In this document: in pieces, positions 12,078 through 27,118 of the stretch
Numbering within the stretch: the stretch's first letter is position 1
How the letters are laid out: the number at the start of each line of letters is the position of its first letter
From: Tubulanus polymorphus
Taxonomy: Eukaryota > Animalia > Nemertea
Direction of reading: 5' to 3'
Assembly: GCF_964204645.1 (NCBI RefSeq)
Contig: NC_134029.1
Location: 3,038,001 to 3,102,000, forward strand
DNA: 64,000 bases
Translations under genes and position numbers: made by a program
The notes under the pieces: model-generated
Seen by the model: the letters and a program-made list of their open reading frames with translations, nothing else
Told to the model about the DNA's origin: nothing
Databases searched by the model: none

Positions 12078-13742
12078 TTAATCAGCTGTATTTCCACGTG
12101 AATAACGTTTATGAAGACTCTGATTGAACTGAATGAATAGAGTTCGAATGGTATCGACGTCGTTTATAGAACCCAAACCAAAAATATACGGTCGATTTTC
12201 GAATAAATCATCTACATCCAACAATTCCTTTAGCTGAAAAACAAACAAATTCAGATCAGGAAATATTCGATTATTTGAAAATCGAACTCAAACTCAAATT
12301 GAACTTTGAACCAGATCCAACACTATGAATACATACCTCAGTTTCAGACCTAGCACTATTCACATCACTGTGTGTCGCTAAGATAAGGCACGGTAATTCA
12401 CCGAGTGCAGGATCTCTGAGAGCTTTCTCTAATTCATTTTTAGCAGTAGAGAATTCTTCTTCATTACTCGATGCATCGATAATGAATATAACACCGTGAG
12501 CACCTTTATAATAATGACGCCAATACGGACGAATGTTCGCAGCACCTGTGAAAATACATCAAGCAATCTCGGTTACAGAGTTTCTCGGTCTCGAGTATTG
12601 GTAGTGTTTGTACAATTTCCAAAAGGATACATGAATTTAAAATGTTTTTTCATGGGTGATTTTTCGATTTTCCATAATGGAAATTGGGAAAATACCATTA
12701 TATTACAGGGATGCCAATATCTTAGTGGTGACTGGTTGATAAAGGAAAATTGCTGAAGAAAGATGCCGAAAAGTTTTTCCAATTTCCCAGTCCGCTGGGG
12801 GGACTGGGCTAGGATTTGAAAACCTGCATTGGATTTGAAAACCGGCAAATTTTGCGTACCAGTACATACTTCACACACAGCCCATAGCCCAAACCACAAA
12901 AATGTGATTGTGAATGAATTAGACCAGATTTGAAGAGGAATGCAGATTAGATTGCTTTAAAATACAGTGCAATGAAATGATTTATCATTCAATACTGACC
13001 TCCGATTTCTTTGACATTTAGTATACAATCATCAAAAAGAATTGCTTTGATACTGAATCCTGAAATTTCACAAACAAACATATTATATCAAATACTTGGT
13101 AAAAACAAAATATAGATAGTTAAATCGAAATCAAACAATGCATTCAATCAAGAATATAAATGTTTATTGGAAGGTAACCCCCCAATAAACTGCCATACTC
13201 TCTTCACTGCCAAAATTATAAGACGTTGTTCTTAAATATGCCCATTACTAAATTCTCTTTTACTTTTCTATTTTTCCCCTTGCCCTACCATCTATTTCTT
13301 GAAAAAATCAATAACTCCAAGTAATCAAAAGAGACCTAAATTATCATTTGTATTCGAATGAGAAATGATGAACTTACCGACTGTTGGTTCGACATCAGTA
13401 GCTTTCTCACCACTGATTAACGCTAACACAGTAGTTTTACCTGATTTAGTTAAACCGATACAAATCGGATTATATTCAGGTTTTATCACTTCCGCTTTTG
13501 AGCAACAAATTCGCCGAAAAACCTGAAATCATTCATTTGACATTTGAGGCTTCCGACATTTTTCTGGCCAATGGGCCCTCAGTCGCTTATCAACTCTTCA
13601 CATTTTCCTAGATGTTTGTTTGATCATCAAATTTGAAATCGGAATCGTCTTCAATGTTTCAATAGATATTGTTGTAGATAATACTTACTGAATATAAACC
13701 GATTCTACATACAGCACAAGCGAGTCTCAATGAATCGCACAT
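12078..13742 (-). CDS. ARL15: ADP-ribosylation factor-like protein 15 (207 aa)
   Basis: Exons 13742-13689, 13522-13378, 13059-13000, 12545-12337, 12233-12078, all phases consistent (624 nt). FRRICCSK...PEYNPICIGLTKSGKTT (P-loop)...GFSIKAILFDDCILNVKEIGGAANIRPYWRHYYKGAHGVIFIIDASS matches ARL15. Missed by the ORF track. Confidence 0.93.
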
Positions 13743-14847
13743 TATTGCGATTCATTCGTCAATCGCTGAAATATTAAGACAAATAAAATGATAAATCAAC
13801 CAGGTGAGACACAGAGGATACGCCGAGATCCAAGCTTCAGTTCAACTGCCGCTCCACACTATCACTGATTTAGAAGCCCTTTTCTTCTCATTTTTGACAA
13901 AAGATGTTACAGGCTTAAATAAAACTTTAAAATATTAGATCGTTTAAAATCCTTTCAACTGCAGAACATGGTCTTGGAGACTCCGGACATGTAGTAAATT
14001 TGATGATACCAAAAGAATCGTTTGATAAACGATGAATCCCTGTCAATGTCAAAATCATTGTCATCGAACGAAATATACGCAGACTACTAAAACGATAATC
14101 TCTATACCAAAGTCAAACAGCATTTCGTGGTTAATTCGCCTTAAAAATGAGCGAGGGGAAAAGTCGAGCACTTTTAAAACCAGCCATATAGGTAGAAATG
14201 TAAATATCGCATATACGACCTTCCAGCCTCTCCTTACTTTGTAATAAGGATAAATATACGGGCCCCAAAACCTACATACATTTCTTTTCTGACACTTCCG
14301 GGTAATCCACAATTGAGTCCAAATCCGCATTTCGTTGAATTTACTTCCGGCTTGGTTCTTCTACGTCCTGGTCCTTTACGTCCGGTTAAAGAGACCCATG
14401 CGCGATTTCGTCAACGGGTGGATACCGAAGTCAGCTGATTGTCAAAAGCATGATAACTGTCACTTTTACTTGTGAAACTTGTGACACGATGTGTAGTTTG
14501 AATAACTGTCCGAGAAGAGGTGACCAGGTCCCGCCTTAAGAGGCCCCTGCCTGCTGCCAAGTAACAACTGTGTCAAAAAGGGGAGACAACGTACAACAAC
14601 AACGAACTTCAAATTATCAATCCGAAAAAAAAGAAAATTTAGTAAGTCTGTCAACAACGATAACATTATCATTTAGATTTACCGTAGGCTGCGTTCCTAC
14701 GTGAACTGATGAGACTGATTTCGACGAAATTTTATATGCTTCATAATCGTTTCAAATAGGCCCTATAATCAAATGATGTATTTTTATTCGCAGGGACTTG
14801 TCGTGATTATATTTTGCGCGGGGATCGATCAACGTTGAGGAATAAAG
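13743..14847. promoter_or_regulatory. Putative bidirectional promoter ARL15/MFSD12
   Basis: Divergent start codons 1.1 kb apart; ETS-type ACTTCCGG motifs at 14294 and 14343; locally CpG-richer. Confidence 0.55.
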
Positions 14848-17800
14848 ATGCCTCCTCCGACTATCGACAAACTTCCGTTCATCCGGAAATTATCATATAG
14901 CGTCGGACATGTGATGAATGATCTGTGCGCGTCGATGTGGTTCAGTTATTTACTCGTTTACTATCACAATATCGTACAGTTCTCGAACAATATGGCCGGA
15001 TATATAATGTTACTCGGACAGATTGCGGACGCTATTTCCACTCCGCTCGTCGGCTACGAGGCTGATCACACGGAAAAAGGATTCTGTGGTTATTCGAAAC
15101 GCAAATCTTGGCATCTCATTGGTAAATATATTGAGGCAGTGCGGGCTGGGCCTTGCGATAAAATGGATGAAATGAGAAGCCCACCAATCGGTTTGATATC
15201 TTCTACTAGGCCTAATGGTTTTTGAAATTTTGCCTCTAAATCTCATTCTGATAGTGACCGTGAAAATCATAAGTGTTGGGATTTTTATTTTCTCAATTAA
15301 TTACTGAGGAAGACATCAGTCGATTGTGATAGTTACAGTGACCCCTGTATCCATAGATATTTCATTTATCTTGAGTTTAATCTATTAATTCAATTTATGA
15401 TCATAAGCATAATCTCCACTATGATTTGCTGATCATATCATCAGCTATATCCCAAATAATTAATTCATTTTAGATGGCTATGTTAAAATGACATAATTGT
15501 CACATAATAGACATCAAATGAATACCATAGATGATTTAAAAAATGTATTACCCTATATTCATCCAGGTCTAGATATAAAAGGTCTTTTTTAAAGAAAGTG
15601 GGTCACTCGTTCAATAGCTCCAGTCCAATGTATAAGTGAATCATATCTAAATTGCTTAATTCTGGTATACTGGGTTTTTAGATGCTTTTATGATAACTAC
15701 ATATTATTATGATTTTTATTGTAGGCCGATCACAAAAATCGTTTTATGACTATCTTTTGAAATTCAATTTTTTGAATTTTTTATAAATTGTTTGGGAAAT
15801 CATAAATTTATGCATTCGATTGGACTTTACTTATTTTGCTTCTTGGTTGTTTTTAGGGACACTGTCAGTAGCCTTGAGTTTTCCTTTCATCTACAATCTG
15901 TGCATAACATGCGAAAATGCACCGAATTGGTCACAGTTTATTTATTACGCTCCGTTTGTCGTGATATTCCAGTTCGGTTGGGCTACCACTCAAATATCAC
16001 ATCTATCTCTTATTCCTGTCCTCACACCGTATGAAGAGGAACGTGTTGAACTGAATGCTATGAGGTTTGTATGACGGTTTCCAGTTCTATCGTGGTTATT
16101 ACTACTTAGGTATAAATTTGACAACCCCTATTTCATTTTCAATGAATATCCATTTGATTATTCTCACAGAACCTTCTGGCTATGGCTATGAAATTCTTAA
16201 AACAATGCTTGGATTCAGGTTTCATGCGTGATGTATGTATTTCAGGTATGCATTTACAGTTGTCAGTAATGTGGCCGTGTACGGACTCACTTGGCTACTA
16301 TTGAATGCGAATACTGATGCCAGTGAAATGAAACATTTTTTGGGTAGGGCTGATGCGCCAACATTTAGAGTAAGTATTCTCGTGTATTGGTTTCATAAGA
16401 CAAAAGCTCCTATAGTGGGTAACCATTGATGAAACCCTATAGTGTTCTGATAATTTAAAACCCATACTATGAATGAAAAATAATGTCTGAGAAGTTTCCT
16501 TGAGATGGAAGTCTATTAACATTGCGACTACATCCTAATAGTCACTTTCCACTTTATTTTTCATTTTTGATGGCGAATTTCCATATTCTCTTATAGTAGA
16601 CCTTGGGGGCAGTAGCTTATTATGAGGACTTCTCTGATTTGTTCTGATTGTATTATTTACAGAATCTGGCATTTATCGTAATTGGAATTGGACTCGTATT
16701 CAGTGGTATATTTCACTTCGGCACTCGAGAATCGAGACAAGTGAATGAATGTAACATCCAGCAGCAATCAGTCGAAGGCATTGAGTCTTATACTATTGAA
16801 CGATCTGAAGAGAAACTGACTATGAAATGGTCGTGTTGGTTAAAACTGAAACAGTTCTATTTGGTAAATTATTCGCTTTTCGAGACAGTCGACCATTATT
16901 CATGAGTCTTTTTGACCCAGGCAAAATTAAGGCCCTGGCCAACCAGCCGCACTGCTGCCAAATTAGGCCGACGAGGCCTGTACCAAGGTTTAGCGTGGGT
17001 CGAATGATACCGTATCTACGCTTATTGTTTCTGCAAGTAACTCACCTCGCTTGCCACTGCATTTTTTAATAGTAACTTAGAAATGAGAGTGGTTTACGTG
17101 TGAACACACTTTATTACTAAGTTTGACTCGGGCCTAATCTAGACTAGTTTTACCTGGGTCGAATTGTCTCTGTGTGATGATGCTTCTCGTGTACGTTCTA
17201 AATGATTTCTTTCTATTTTTCTAGGTATCACTGTTATACATGTGTACACGTCTCGTTGTGAATGTTTCACAGATATATCTCCCGATGTTTTTACTCGATG
17301 CTTTAAAATTAGATAAGGTGAGGAATCAATGTAAAAAACCCATCCCTCGATGCGCCCTTTGGGTTCGAAACCATGAACTGGCATGTTAGATTCAAACATT
17401 CTATCCACTCACCCATCCAACTCGATTGTTGTTTTTGCTTCCAGGTTTACATGGCTATTATTCCGTTAATGGTTTTCGTCAGTGGATTCTTGACGTCGAT
17501 GTTTATGAAAGTTGTTAATAGAATCTGTGGAAGAAAGGTACGTGCAAGAGATATCCGACCCGTTTCATCAATTAAACCAAAACCTGTTGGAAAGATCTGT
17601 ACATATGCTGTCTATTGGGTTTTTTGACAATCAAAATTCATCTCTAATTCGTGTCTTATTTTATTCAGATTACATATTTCATTGGTTTGCTGTTGATTTA
17701 TGGTGCTTGCATTTGGTTTTACTTCATTTCGTTGTATCGACTTGAGCTGCAGATATTTGGCGCCGCTGTGCTACTGGGAAGTGGATGTTCCACAATACTT

Positions 17801-19572
17801 ATCACGTCTCTGTCTATGACTGCTGATCTTATCAACGAAAATACTGTCAGTTTTTAATTCAAACATTCAAAGAAAAAATTCCTGACCAAAACTGTTGTTT
17901 TATGATATAGATCTGTTTCTAACCTTGCAGGAAACTGGAGCGTTTGTCTACGGTGCTATGAGTTTTACGGATAAACTTTCAAATGGAGTTGCAGTTGTTT
18001 TAATACAACAATTCCATCCGTGTCTGTAAGTATTATATGAGTTTCAACGCTTGGTTCGTTGCAGGCAGTGAGAAGGCGGTATAATTGGGAAAGGGGCAGT
18101 GAATTTGGAAAATGATTCATATTCAATCAGAAATCGCCATAAAAACTTAATCGGGTTCAAGGGGATACATGTTGCATATGGAATTTTGTAGAAAAATTTC
18201 TGCAGTTGGCAATGAATATTGCATAACTTAGGCAAAGAATGGTTGTGAATTGGTGTCCGCATTGACGCAATGAACCCTGTAATTGCTGTAAAAAATCACT
18301 TATACTATATTTGATAAGAAATGCTAATAGTAATCTTTGCACTTGAGCATGTACTTGTTTACTGGATGTGTATTTTATTTGGTTCATGAAATTTATTTGT
18401 ATTGAAAGTAAGATTTATAATGCAAATTCTGATCAACATGTGGTAATGATGTTGGCAGAAAAAGTAAAAATGTTACAGTTGAAATAACATCTTATTCGCT
18501 TTAATTCTGATTGTGAGATTCATCGATTTTGATCGTCTATTTTTAGGACGTGTTGCGTGAATTGTCAGTGGTATTATCGTAACGTTATGACGTTTGTTCC
18601 CGGTGGTGTCGGTCTGGTAGCTTTGATCGTTTTACTCTGCCTCATTCCGCAAAAGATCGGCGATCGTTCACACCTGGGTAAGAGTAGATCAAGTATCAAT
18701 TGTCCAGATATTCTGTGACATGAATATTGCTAAAATACCTGTGAATTCAGTATTTAACTAAACTAGCTACATACAATTTTGCCAACTGATGAACTGATAA
18801 CATTTCATTTGGTTCTGGGACTACTGCTGCCTGTTTAGCGTTGCTTATTGTCATGAAACTGATTACTGTGTTGCAGCTAGGACTAGGTTATAGAATAGAG
18901 GCTAGTACTGGTATATAGTACATACACATCTGACTCAATTCGTGGTAATGAAAGTAAAGAAACATTCACATTTTATTCAGAATTACACAAATGTGATTTT
19001 ATACGCACTGGGTTATATGCCTGTCATGCGCTTGATGCATAAGGTGAAGGGTCTCAATAAGAAAAAAGTCTCTTTTAGTTCTGTGGGCTGAGGTAATTTC
19101 CATACTGGTACCTTTTTTCTAGTGGATGGGAGCCGTACATTTCTGTGGTCTATAGCTCATATCACACACATAATTAAATGCCTTATTTATTTAAACCTCA
19201 TTAAACTTGTATCTGAATTGGTTTCCAGAATATTTTTGCATGTTTTAATGAAATCCTCCTTTCATGCACTAGTCATTTTACTACCGGTATATAGTTACAC
19301 TTTAAACGCATTTATCAGTATTAGTATCAACAGGTTATCATTAATCATATGATAAGCTTCCAATTTACTTCTCATTAATATATTATATGAAATTCCCTGG
19401 TGTATAAAACCCCGGGTGTTGAAATATGCTTTTATCTTTATTTTTGTCCTCATTTTCAGCGGCTAAAAGGCGTTTACGTCCGGTGGATAAATATTCGAAC
19501 AGTAGAGTGGAAGAGGAAGAAGAAGAGGTGGAACCACTTTGTAATGATGGAGTCGATTATGGAACTTGTTAA
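14848..19572 (+). CDS. MFSD12: Major facilitator superfamily domain-containing protein 12 (502 aa)
   Basis: Exons 14848-15121, 15857-16064, 16246-16369, 16663-16863, 17225-17317, 17445-17537, 17669-17845, 17931-18025, 18547-18677, 19460-19572 (1509 nt). Motifs [70 protein letters not shown]. Confidence 0.95.
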
Positions 19573-21811
19573 AAACAAATTTCTACGCTTGCATTCTGTG
19601 ATAATATTCTGTACTAACTGCACCACATTGAAGCATACATTCATTCTTTGAAGCATGTATAAGGCATACAAAATTCAGATGGGGAAATGAAAAGTGTCAT
19701 CATTTTTTTCTTTTTCAAGAATTTGACCAAAAATGGTCCATAAGTTCGAGGAATCCTTCTATTCCATTGATTAAAACATCTTAGGCAGTTTGAAATAGAT
19801 GAAAACCGGTGGATTTCTAGATTTGACTCTGCTTTAAAAGAGCAAACATTAAAATCTGCATTATTGTGGGATATTTGAATGTTGGATTTAAATATCCTGC
19901 GTGGGTTTTCAGAACGACGATATCAACTATCAAATAATTTTTTCAAATAATCATCCATACATTCTATCACTGTACTGTATACTTTATTGATTATTTTATA
20001 AGATAATGGTTTATTTTATCAATAATTCACTATTTTTATATAGAAACAATGAAGAAATATGGTTTGTAATTACTGGTAAATAAGTCTCTTACGAACTCTA
20101 CCTTTTAATTTACAATGATGGTTTTTCAAGAAAGGTTAATGCTTTAAAAGCTTAAAAATGTGAGCTTTCTTCCATTCATCAATGGAGTTAAATATAAATG
20201 AATTATTTACAAAACGTTTTGATTGTATGTATGAATATGCAGACTGACAAGTTTTTACTATAAATATCGAACATTAACAAATAAACTGATTCAAGTGTCT
20301 ATAGGTATGTCGGCGCCTGACCTTGAAATGAAATAATATCCGAGGGCGGGAGCTTGAAGTGATTAATCTTAAGAATCTTCACGCAATGATAAAGGAATCT
20401 ACCTTTGTATGAAAGCTCAAAGACCTAGATATTTCTCATGTACTTGTGTCTATCAGGGAAGTGACGGTACTAACCATGGACTTATAACCTAGTTTATACG
20501 TCCAAGTGCTAACTATTGTTTAGGGAGATCTAACTGTTGTTCATTTCTTAGTGGACGGTGCTATCATAGACTCTTTAAACCAATAAGTACACAATGCAAT
20601 AAGTCATCTCATGCGTTAGCTTGCAATCTTTAGAGAAATGTTTAGGTGACATAAGTTTGATAGGGTAAAAGGTTTTATTGTTGATTTTAAAAAATGATTA
20701 TTGTCTCTTGAATTGTTTTGTTCTTTTAACAAGGGTTAGAATTAATGTACAGTGTGTACTTTGTTATTATCAAAATCTTTGGTAATATTTTCTATTGGTG
20801 CGGAATTGTGACGTTTCTATTGGTACAGGTTATCAGGATATTGAATTCCATTTTGATGTGATTTTATAACTGTTTTTAACATGTGATATATTTTTCATGG
20901 ATTAAACTGTGCTACCTTAAAGAATGCATTTCTTTAATCAAAATTTCATTTTAACTTCATGCAGGTATCAGTCAGCCACCCCTCAGGCATTCAATACCAT
21001 ATTACCATTGATTCTCCCAATTTTTAATGGTTCAGGACTTCAGGACCAGAGTAAAACGTACATTTTTCTTGATTTGAATTTTACTGATAACTACATCAGT
21101 CTACCAGTCATTATGATGGTGCATCTAATTACAGGAAGTTGACAGTCTGACAAAACTCCAGCCCTGACACGAATCGAAGACAGGTTTGGACAACAAATGA
21201 CTGTCAATGTTTTGACATTAAATAACAACAAAAACAGTTGCTATTTACATTCTGATATTTTACATTTTTATTTTTACAAGATTCTCTTTTGGTGAACATT
21301 TTTTTAAAATAAAAACCTTTCACACAAGAAACCTTACTCATATATATATCTTATGTACATTCTTTTTATTAACTGAAAATTGATAGATATAACCAGGGAT
21401 TGGAAAACTAATAATCCGGGTCGCCATTTCAAAATAAAATCATCCTCAAATAGAAGATGAAAAGCCAGTATAAGTTGGTGAAGGGTACTGGGATTTGTGT
21501 AATGAGCTAGCCACAGCAAATATACCTCGTATTTTGCCCCTACATCTTTCGGGCGAATTGAGAAGAGGCGGAACTAGGAATCATTAGAAGAGAAGGTAAG
21601 AATTGTATATATACCGCTGTATTAAGTGATGTCATGGACAGCATGAATAGTTGACCTGTAAAATACTACCAAATACTCATACATACTATATGCGCATACA
21701 ACTGAAACACAAATACCGTGGATGGTTTTTTTCTCGGATAAAACGCTTAAAAATCATCATATAACGTCGAGATACAATATATTTACTGGTATTTACAGTT
21801 ATCATCTTACA

Positions 21812-21868
21812 GAACCAGTTGCACAGTTGTCCATTTCAAATTCAATGCGACAATTATGCAACTGGTTC
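21812..21868. repeat. Short palindromic MITE remnant
   Basis: gaaccagttgca ... tgcaactggttc termini; resembles elements at ~41850-42157. Confidence 0.45.
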
Positions 21869-23741
21869 CAGAATTATTACAATAATTTCTGGTTCGACTG
21901 CATCTATTTATGATTGTATTTAAACTTCCAATTCCTTACTGAGTTAAAGGTTAATCCACACAATTTTTCCAATCATCTTTTTTTCAATACCTGACCAATC
22001 AAATCTTTTACTTAAAATATAGCATATGTTAAGAAACGTAGCCCAATGACTCCTGAGCACTAAGCGGATACTCAAATTTCACTTCATCCTTAATAGATAT
22101 CAGTTGGAGAGGCTCCCAACGTATTCATCAAAATCATCACTTAAGTAGTTTAAATTTATTTTCATCTCATTCTATAGACAAAATTCTCATTCATGGAATT
22201 TTATTGGTATAAACCTCCTCAATGAATAAGCAGCCAGTTCACTTGTAACTCAGTACTAGATTTATACTGGATTATACATTACAACTACTGTACACAAGCA
22301 ACACAAAAGTGAAATTGTCTCATCAGTTATTTATTGAACTGGGCGATTTGTTTACAACTTCAGCAGAAAATAGATTATCAGTTTTTCCCTGCCATTGAAA
22401 TAGTTGTTTCTCTAACAAAAATTGCAAATCAAACTAAAAACAGAACTCAGGGAAAACACAAAAAAGCGCCTACATACATCACGAAAAAAATCAACGCTAA
22501 GTTTCATTTGGGTTCGTTGAAACGTTTTAACATTACAGAAAAAAAAACATAAAATATCACAGATATCGAATTTTAAACAGTTAATACTGCTTCACACAAC
22601 AATCACCTCCGAACATGAAACAGATAACCCCGAAAACCCGATTCATAAATTAACCATATCTTTTGAAGTCTATTTCATGTTTGGAGATTAAAGAAATGAT
22701 TGCAGAATAACCCGAAGACTAAAATGAAGCATTATCTCTCACACCTAAATATCGTATCATTGCAACGAATGTTTTTCTGGAGATGAATAAGAATTTGCAG
22801 TGAATAATTTCAAAGAAACATTTACAAAACATACATTTATATCTCATCTGCCTATAGAGTAGTGCATTCAGTGATGTAGTGAAATCCAAATATCTCAGTT
22901 AACCTATTTCAACATGTCGTCTATTGGACGTCTTTGTAAGTACAATAAATTAATGGGTAGGTCGCATTACAGACAACTCGACTCTATTTTACTACTTTTA
23001 ATCGACTTTTTTGTCCTATTTGTTAAAATGTACTGAAGTGTACCGAACTACCAGCAGCTATCCTGCCGGATGATGTGCAACATTAGGACAATTGAATTCG
23101 ATAAAAATTACGTTCTATTTCAATGCAGCTTTAGATTTTTAGCCCCCAACATCAAAAATATGACATATCACCTCCTAAGATAAGTTACCGGCACTGCTTC
23201 AAATTTATATTTATACAGGGTTCAAATATAGTGCAATTATTATACACCATGCATTGAATTAGAGAGTGTAGACACATTTTAATTGAATATGAAAAGAAAT
23301 CCGGCCTCATTGTCCTGATGCGCACAATCACCGCCTAGTGGATCCTCGCTTGCCACAGTAGGTTGTAGAGGCTTTATCGGGTGCCATATAAGCAAGTGAA
23401 AAATTTATATTGACAAATAATAGCAATGAATGCAATAAATCAGTGAAGAGATAAACACCATCAGTCTTATCGATAATAACTCGGTCTCAATTTTCAATCC
23501 GACTCTTAATAAAATTCACAAAATAATAATAATAATCTTAATGATAATAATGAGGACCAGATTCACACCATCATACGCAGTGTAGTTTAACATCGATGCA
23601 TTTCGCAGAAACCTCATCTCCGCTTACCAAGAATACGCCCACCCACCACGCATCTCCATTTCTCATTGTTTAATGTATATATTTATTATAAAAAGAACAT
23701 TGAAACGACGGTAACGTCGTCGACCTAAATGACGATACGTT

Positions 23742-26700
23742 TCAATCATCTTCGAGGTCGAACATGGAAGTGTCATTATTTAGATTATCGACGCCACCGT
23801 TCGCGGAAGTTTGCGTCGTCGGCGGATTTGACGTGTCTTCACCGTTTAAATCTTTACGACATATCGGACACGACCCGTGCTGAAAACAGAAACAACATTC
23901 GAAATCACATCGTGGTGCTAAATGTTTCACACGGTTCATACTATTCAGTTATTTCAGAATTAAAGCATGTTTCGAAGAGTATTTAAAAAGAACATGTCTT
24001 AATTTGTGGATGACTTTGTGGAAAATTTAAAGACTCATCACATTCACTGTAATCAGTATCATTGTTCTCAACAACAGGTTTTGGAGAGGAGGCCACCCCC
24101 TCTAAAATATCCTCTGCCCCTACCAGAATGGATGCCACTGTTCTATCAATGCTGATAACTGCTTTGTAATTTTATATTAAGTGGATATTTCTTCAATATC
24201 GTGTGGAAACAATGAAATGGTATAAACCGTAGATATAGGGTAGTATTGAATGATTCTTACCCGCTCCAGCCACGGTACTATACAATCTGTATGATAATAA
24301 TGATCACATGGTAATTTTCTGACGTTTTCTCCTAATTTGAAATCTTCCATACATACTGTACACTGGAGTGTTTTTTCTATTAAACGAAACATGAACAAAT
24401 ATGGTTAATAAGGGTACATTAATAAAGTAGGTACAAGACAACCTCGGTTGATGCATTATTCAAGCATTAGCGTTATTCACATTTAAGCGGCCATCCTTTT
24501 AATACCCCCTCCACATGATAAAACAGGTTAAGAGTTTCACCGATTAATTCAGAAAAATAGAAATACTAACCGACTTGTTCCTGACTGATTGAAACTCTCG
24601 GTAAATCATCGATCTGGTTTTTCGTAGCAGGCGGAACCCCTTGGCCTTCTAATTGATTTAATAAATGAGTAACTATAGCGTCTAAACCTTCAGCACCCCA
24701 GGCGTAATCTCCGGGACTGGCGTGCAATTGAAACATTCCTCTACAAACAAATAAATACACATATTAAAATCATCAGCTAACAGTAATCAATAGACATGAA
24801 TGAATTGTGAATAGATACTTACACCGGAAATCCATCTGGTTGAAATAAACCACCTCCTGCTAATGTGCCTAATAACTGATTAATGATGCTGTTACAAAAT
24901 AAAACATAAAATTTTTGAGTTAACTTTTTAACCAAGTTGAAATTCAGTTCCGCGGTCGCGAGTCGAAAATAAGTCCATTCTCAATGAGGCGAAAAGAAAG
25001 TATCATTTAAACTTACCCCTCGAAAGCCGGTCCTCGATTATCATGAGCATTCCTTCGTATAGAAACACGAGTACGCGGCAGAAAAGGCCGCGCTCGGTGT
25101 CGAGTTGACGACGAACTACTCCTAGTCTGCGCGGGCTCCGACTCGTCCTGATCGCGGTCGGGATCGTCGTTCGGTCGATTGTTGTCCGTTTCGCCGTTTG
25201 TGTGTAGACGGAAGCTGTCCATGAACGTTCGTTCCCATAACTAAAACACGTGTTCAACATACTTTATACAACATACCGGTACCTACACACATACAAAGAA
25301 CAGTCAATAATTCAATTGTGTTTTTCATTCCGAAGGAGTTTTAAAGGAATCGACTTGTAGGGACCCGGCTAAACTCATCCTCCCCGGCAGGGATTCGAAC
25401 CTGATGGCATCGAGATTGCCACGGCACGAAACCCTGCCATAATCGACCGTGTACGCAGATACATGCGCAGTTCAGATAATGTGATTTTTAGCCAATCAGA
25501 AATCCCGTTTTATTTTAGCCCGGGTTTTTCCCATTTATAGTTCTTCCTTGAAATTTGCCTCAACGATTATACAACGAACAATCTGATTGGTGCCGCCAGT
25601 TTTCGTTCGGAAAGTTGCGCATGTACCTGCGCACCCGGTCTACTGATGCAGGGGTTCGTGCCGTGGCTGGGTGTAGCGATGCCATCAGGTTCGAGTCCCT
25701 GCAGAGGAAGGATGGGCTAAACTATGTATCCACGAGGTAAGAGGCAACAATCTGCATATGCTTGGAATACGAATGAAGAATAATTGACCCAATGCACTAG
25801 TATTGAAAGCTTGTGATTTCTTATAAAATCAGTTAACCTTCAAGTACTACCTGTTTTCCCCACGTAATTTACAATAGTCTTTTTTGAGTAAAGCCCAGGC
25901 CTATATTTTCATAATTTGAACCACAGAGACCAATATTTCTGAGTGAGCTGATATCTTTTTATACTGTTAGAAATGAGTAAGTCCTACTACCAATGTAAAC
26001 AGTTTCTTAAGCAATTCCTTTGAGATAACAGAATCAAATGTCAAAACTTACCTCAGCAAATTGTGCGGCTGGATCTAATGGTAATGGAGGAGGCTGCTCT
26101 GAATCATCAAAATCACTAGATTAAATAAACATAAATCAATGAGCAATGTGCGTTAAATTGTAATCATTTATACAATTATATTGCACCGATGAAAGTTAAC
26201 TTACTCTCCCATTAATTCTATAAAACCAGATTGACATCTCGGACATGTGTAATCCTGTAATAACAATTCATCATCAGGATACAATATCACACTCTACAGT
26301 AACACCACCAGCCTACACCCCTACCCCCTCACTCCCTCCCTACAGGACTAATGAGCCTAAAGCCTACTAGACCTAAGATACTTTAAGTCAGGGTACCATC
26401 ACCATCATAGTAACACCACACAAGCCTCCATCCCTAGCCACAGGACTAGCCTACTAGACCTATGATAGGCCTACAATACAATATACGATACAATATAACA
26501 CTCTATAGGGCCAAATTGCAGTTTAAGTCACATTCCCAGTATGTCGCACTGCCACTAAGTCTTTGAGAATTAGGGTTTACCACCTAAATTACAGTCGCTC
26601 CAAATAGGCTAAATGATCTTTTCCTCAACTGACTAATGCCTCATGCATAAAAGAAAGTGAAAATGGAAAGAAAGGAATTGGGAAAGTCCAAAGTAAGTAT

Positions 26701-27118
26701 AGGGAAGTCCAAAAACAAGCCTACTCTACTCTCGGACTGTGTGGGGAGGCCTACTCGTAAGACTGCACACGAGATCATAAAAAGAAAAGCCAAAATGGAA
26801 AGAAATAGACCTATAGAGATTTCAGCAGTAAACTACGAATCACCAGCTGCTGCAGAAAGATCACATTTCAAGTGGTTGGTGTAGTCTGGACAAAAAACGT
26901 CCGATTGGCCTCAAAATATTCCCTTCACATTACACTTAATCAATCGCTTATCACATCATCAGAGTTGTATTTCTACTTTTAATATCTGATATTGAAGTTG
27001 AAATAGTAACTGATCTAACACTAACACGTACCGGTATATTGGGCGCGATTTCAACGGAACATTGGTGACAAAAATAACGGGAAGGTCGAGAGTGTTCTAC
27101 GACCGCCGCTTCAGCCAT
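23742..27118 (-). CDS. RNF126: E3 ubiquitin ligase RNF126/RNF115 family (N-terminal zinc finger + RING-H2, 304 aa)
   Basis: Exons 27118-27032, 26254-26205, 26115-26052, 25240-25017, 24888-24823, 24740-24571, 24376-24261, 23879-23742 (915 nt). [28 protein letters not shown]; [27 protein letters not shown]; CTVCMEDF...[27 protein letters not shown]. Likely co-ortholog of vertebrate RNF115 and RNF126. Confidence 0.93.
25370..25722. mobile_element. Foldback/MITE-like element with ~105-bp imperfect inverted arms, in RNF126 intron 3
   Basis: Left arm ...ggcagggattcgaacctgatggcatcg...gccacggcacgaaaccctgc...tacatgcgca is the reverse complement of right arm tgcgcatgta...gcaggggttcgtgccgtggc...cgatgccatcaggttcgagtccctgc. 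Confidence 0.75.
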
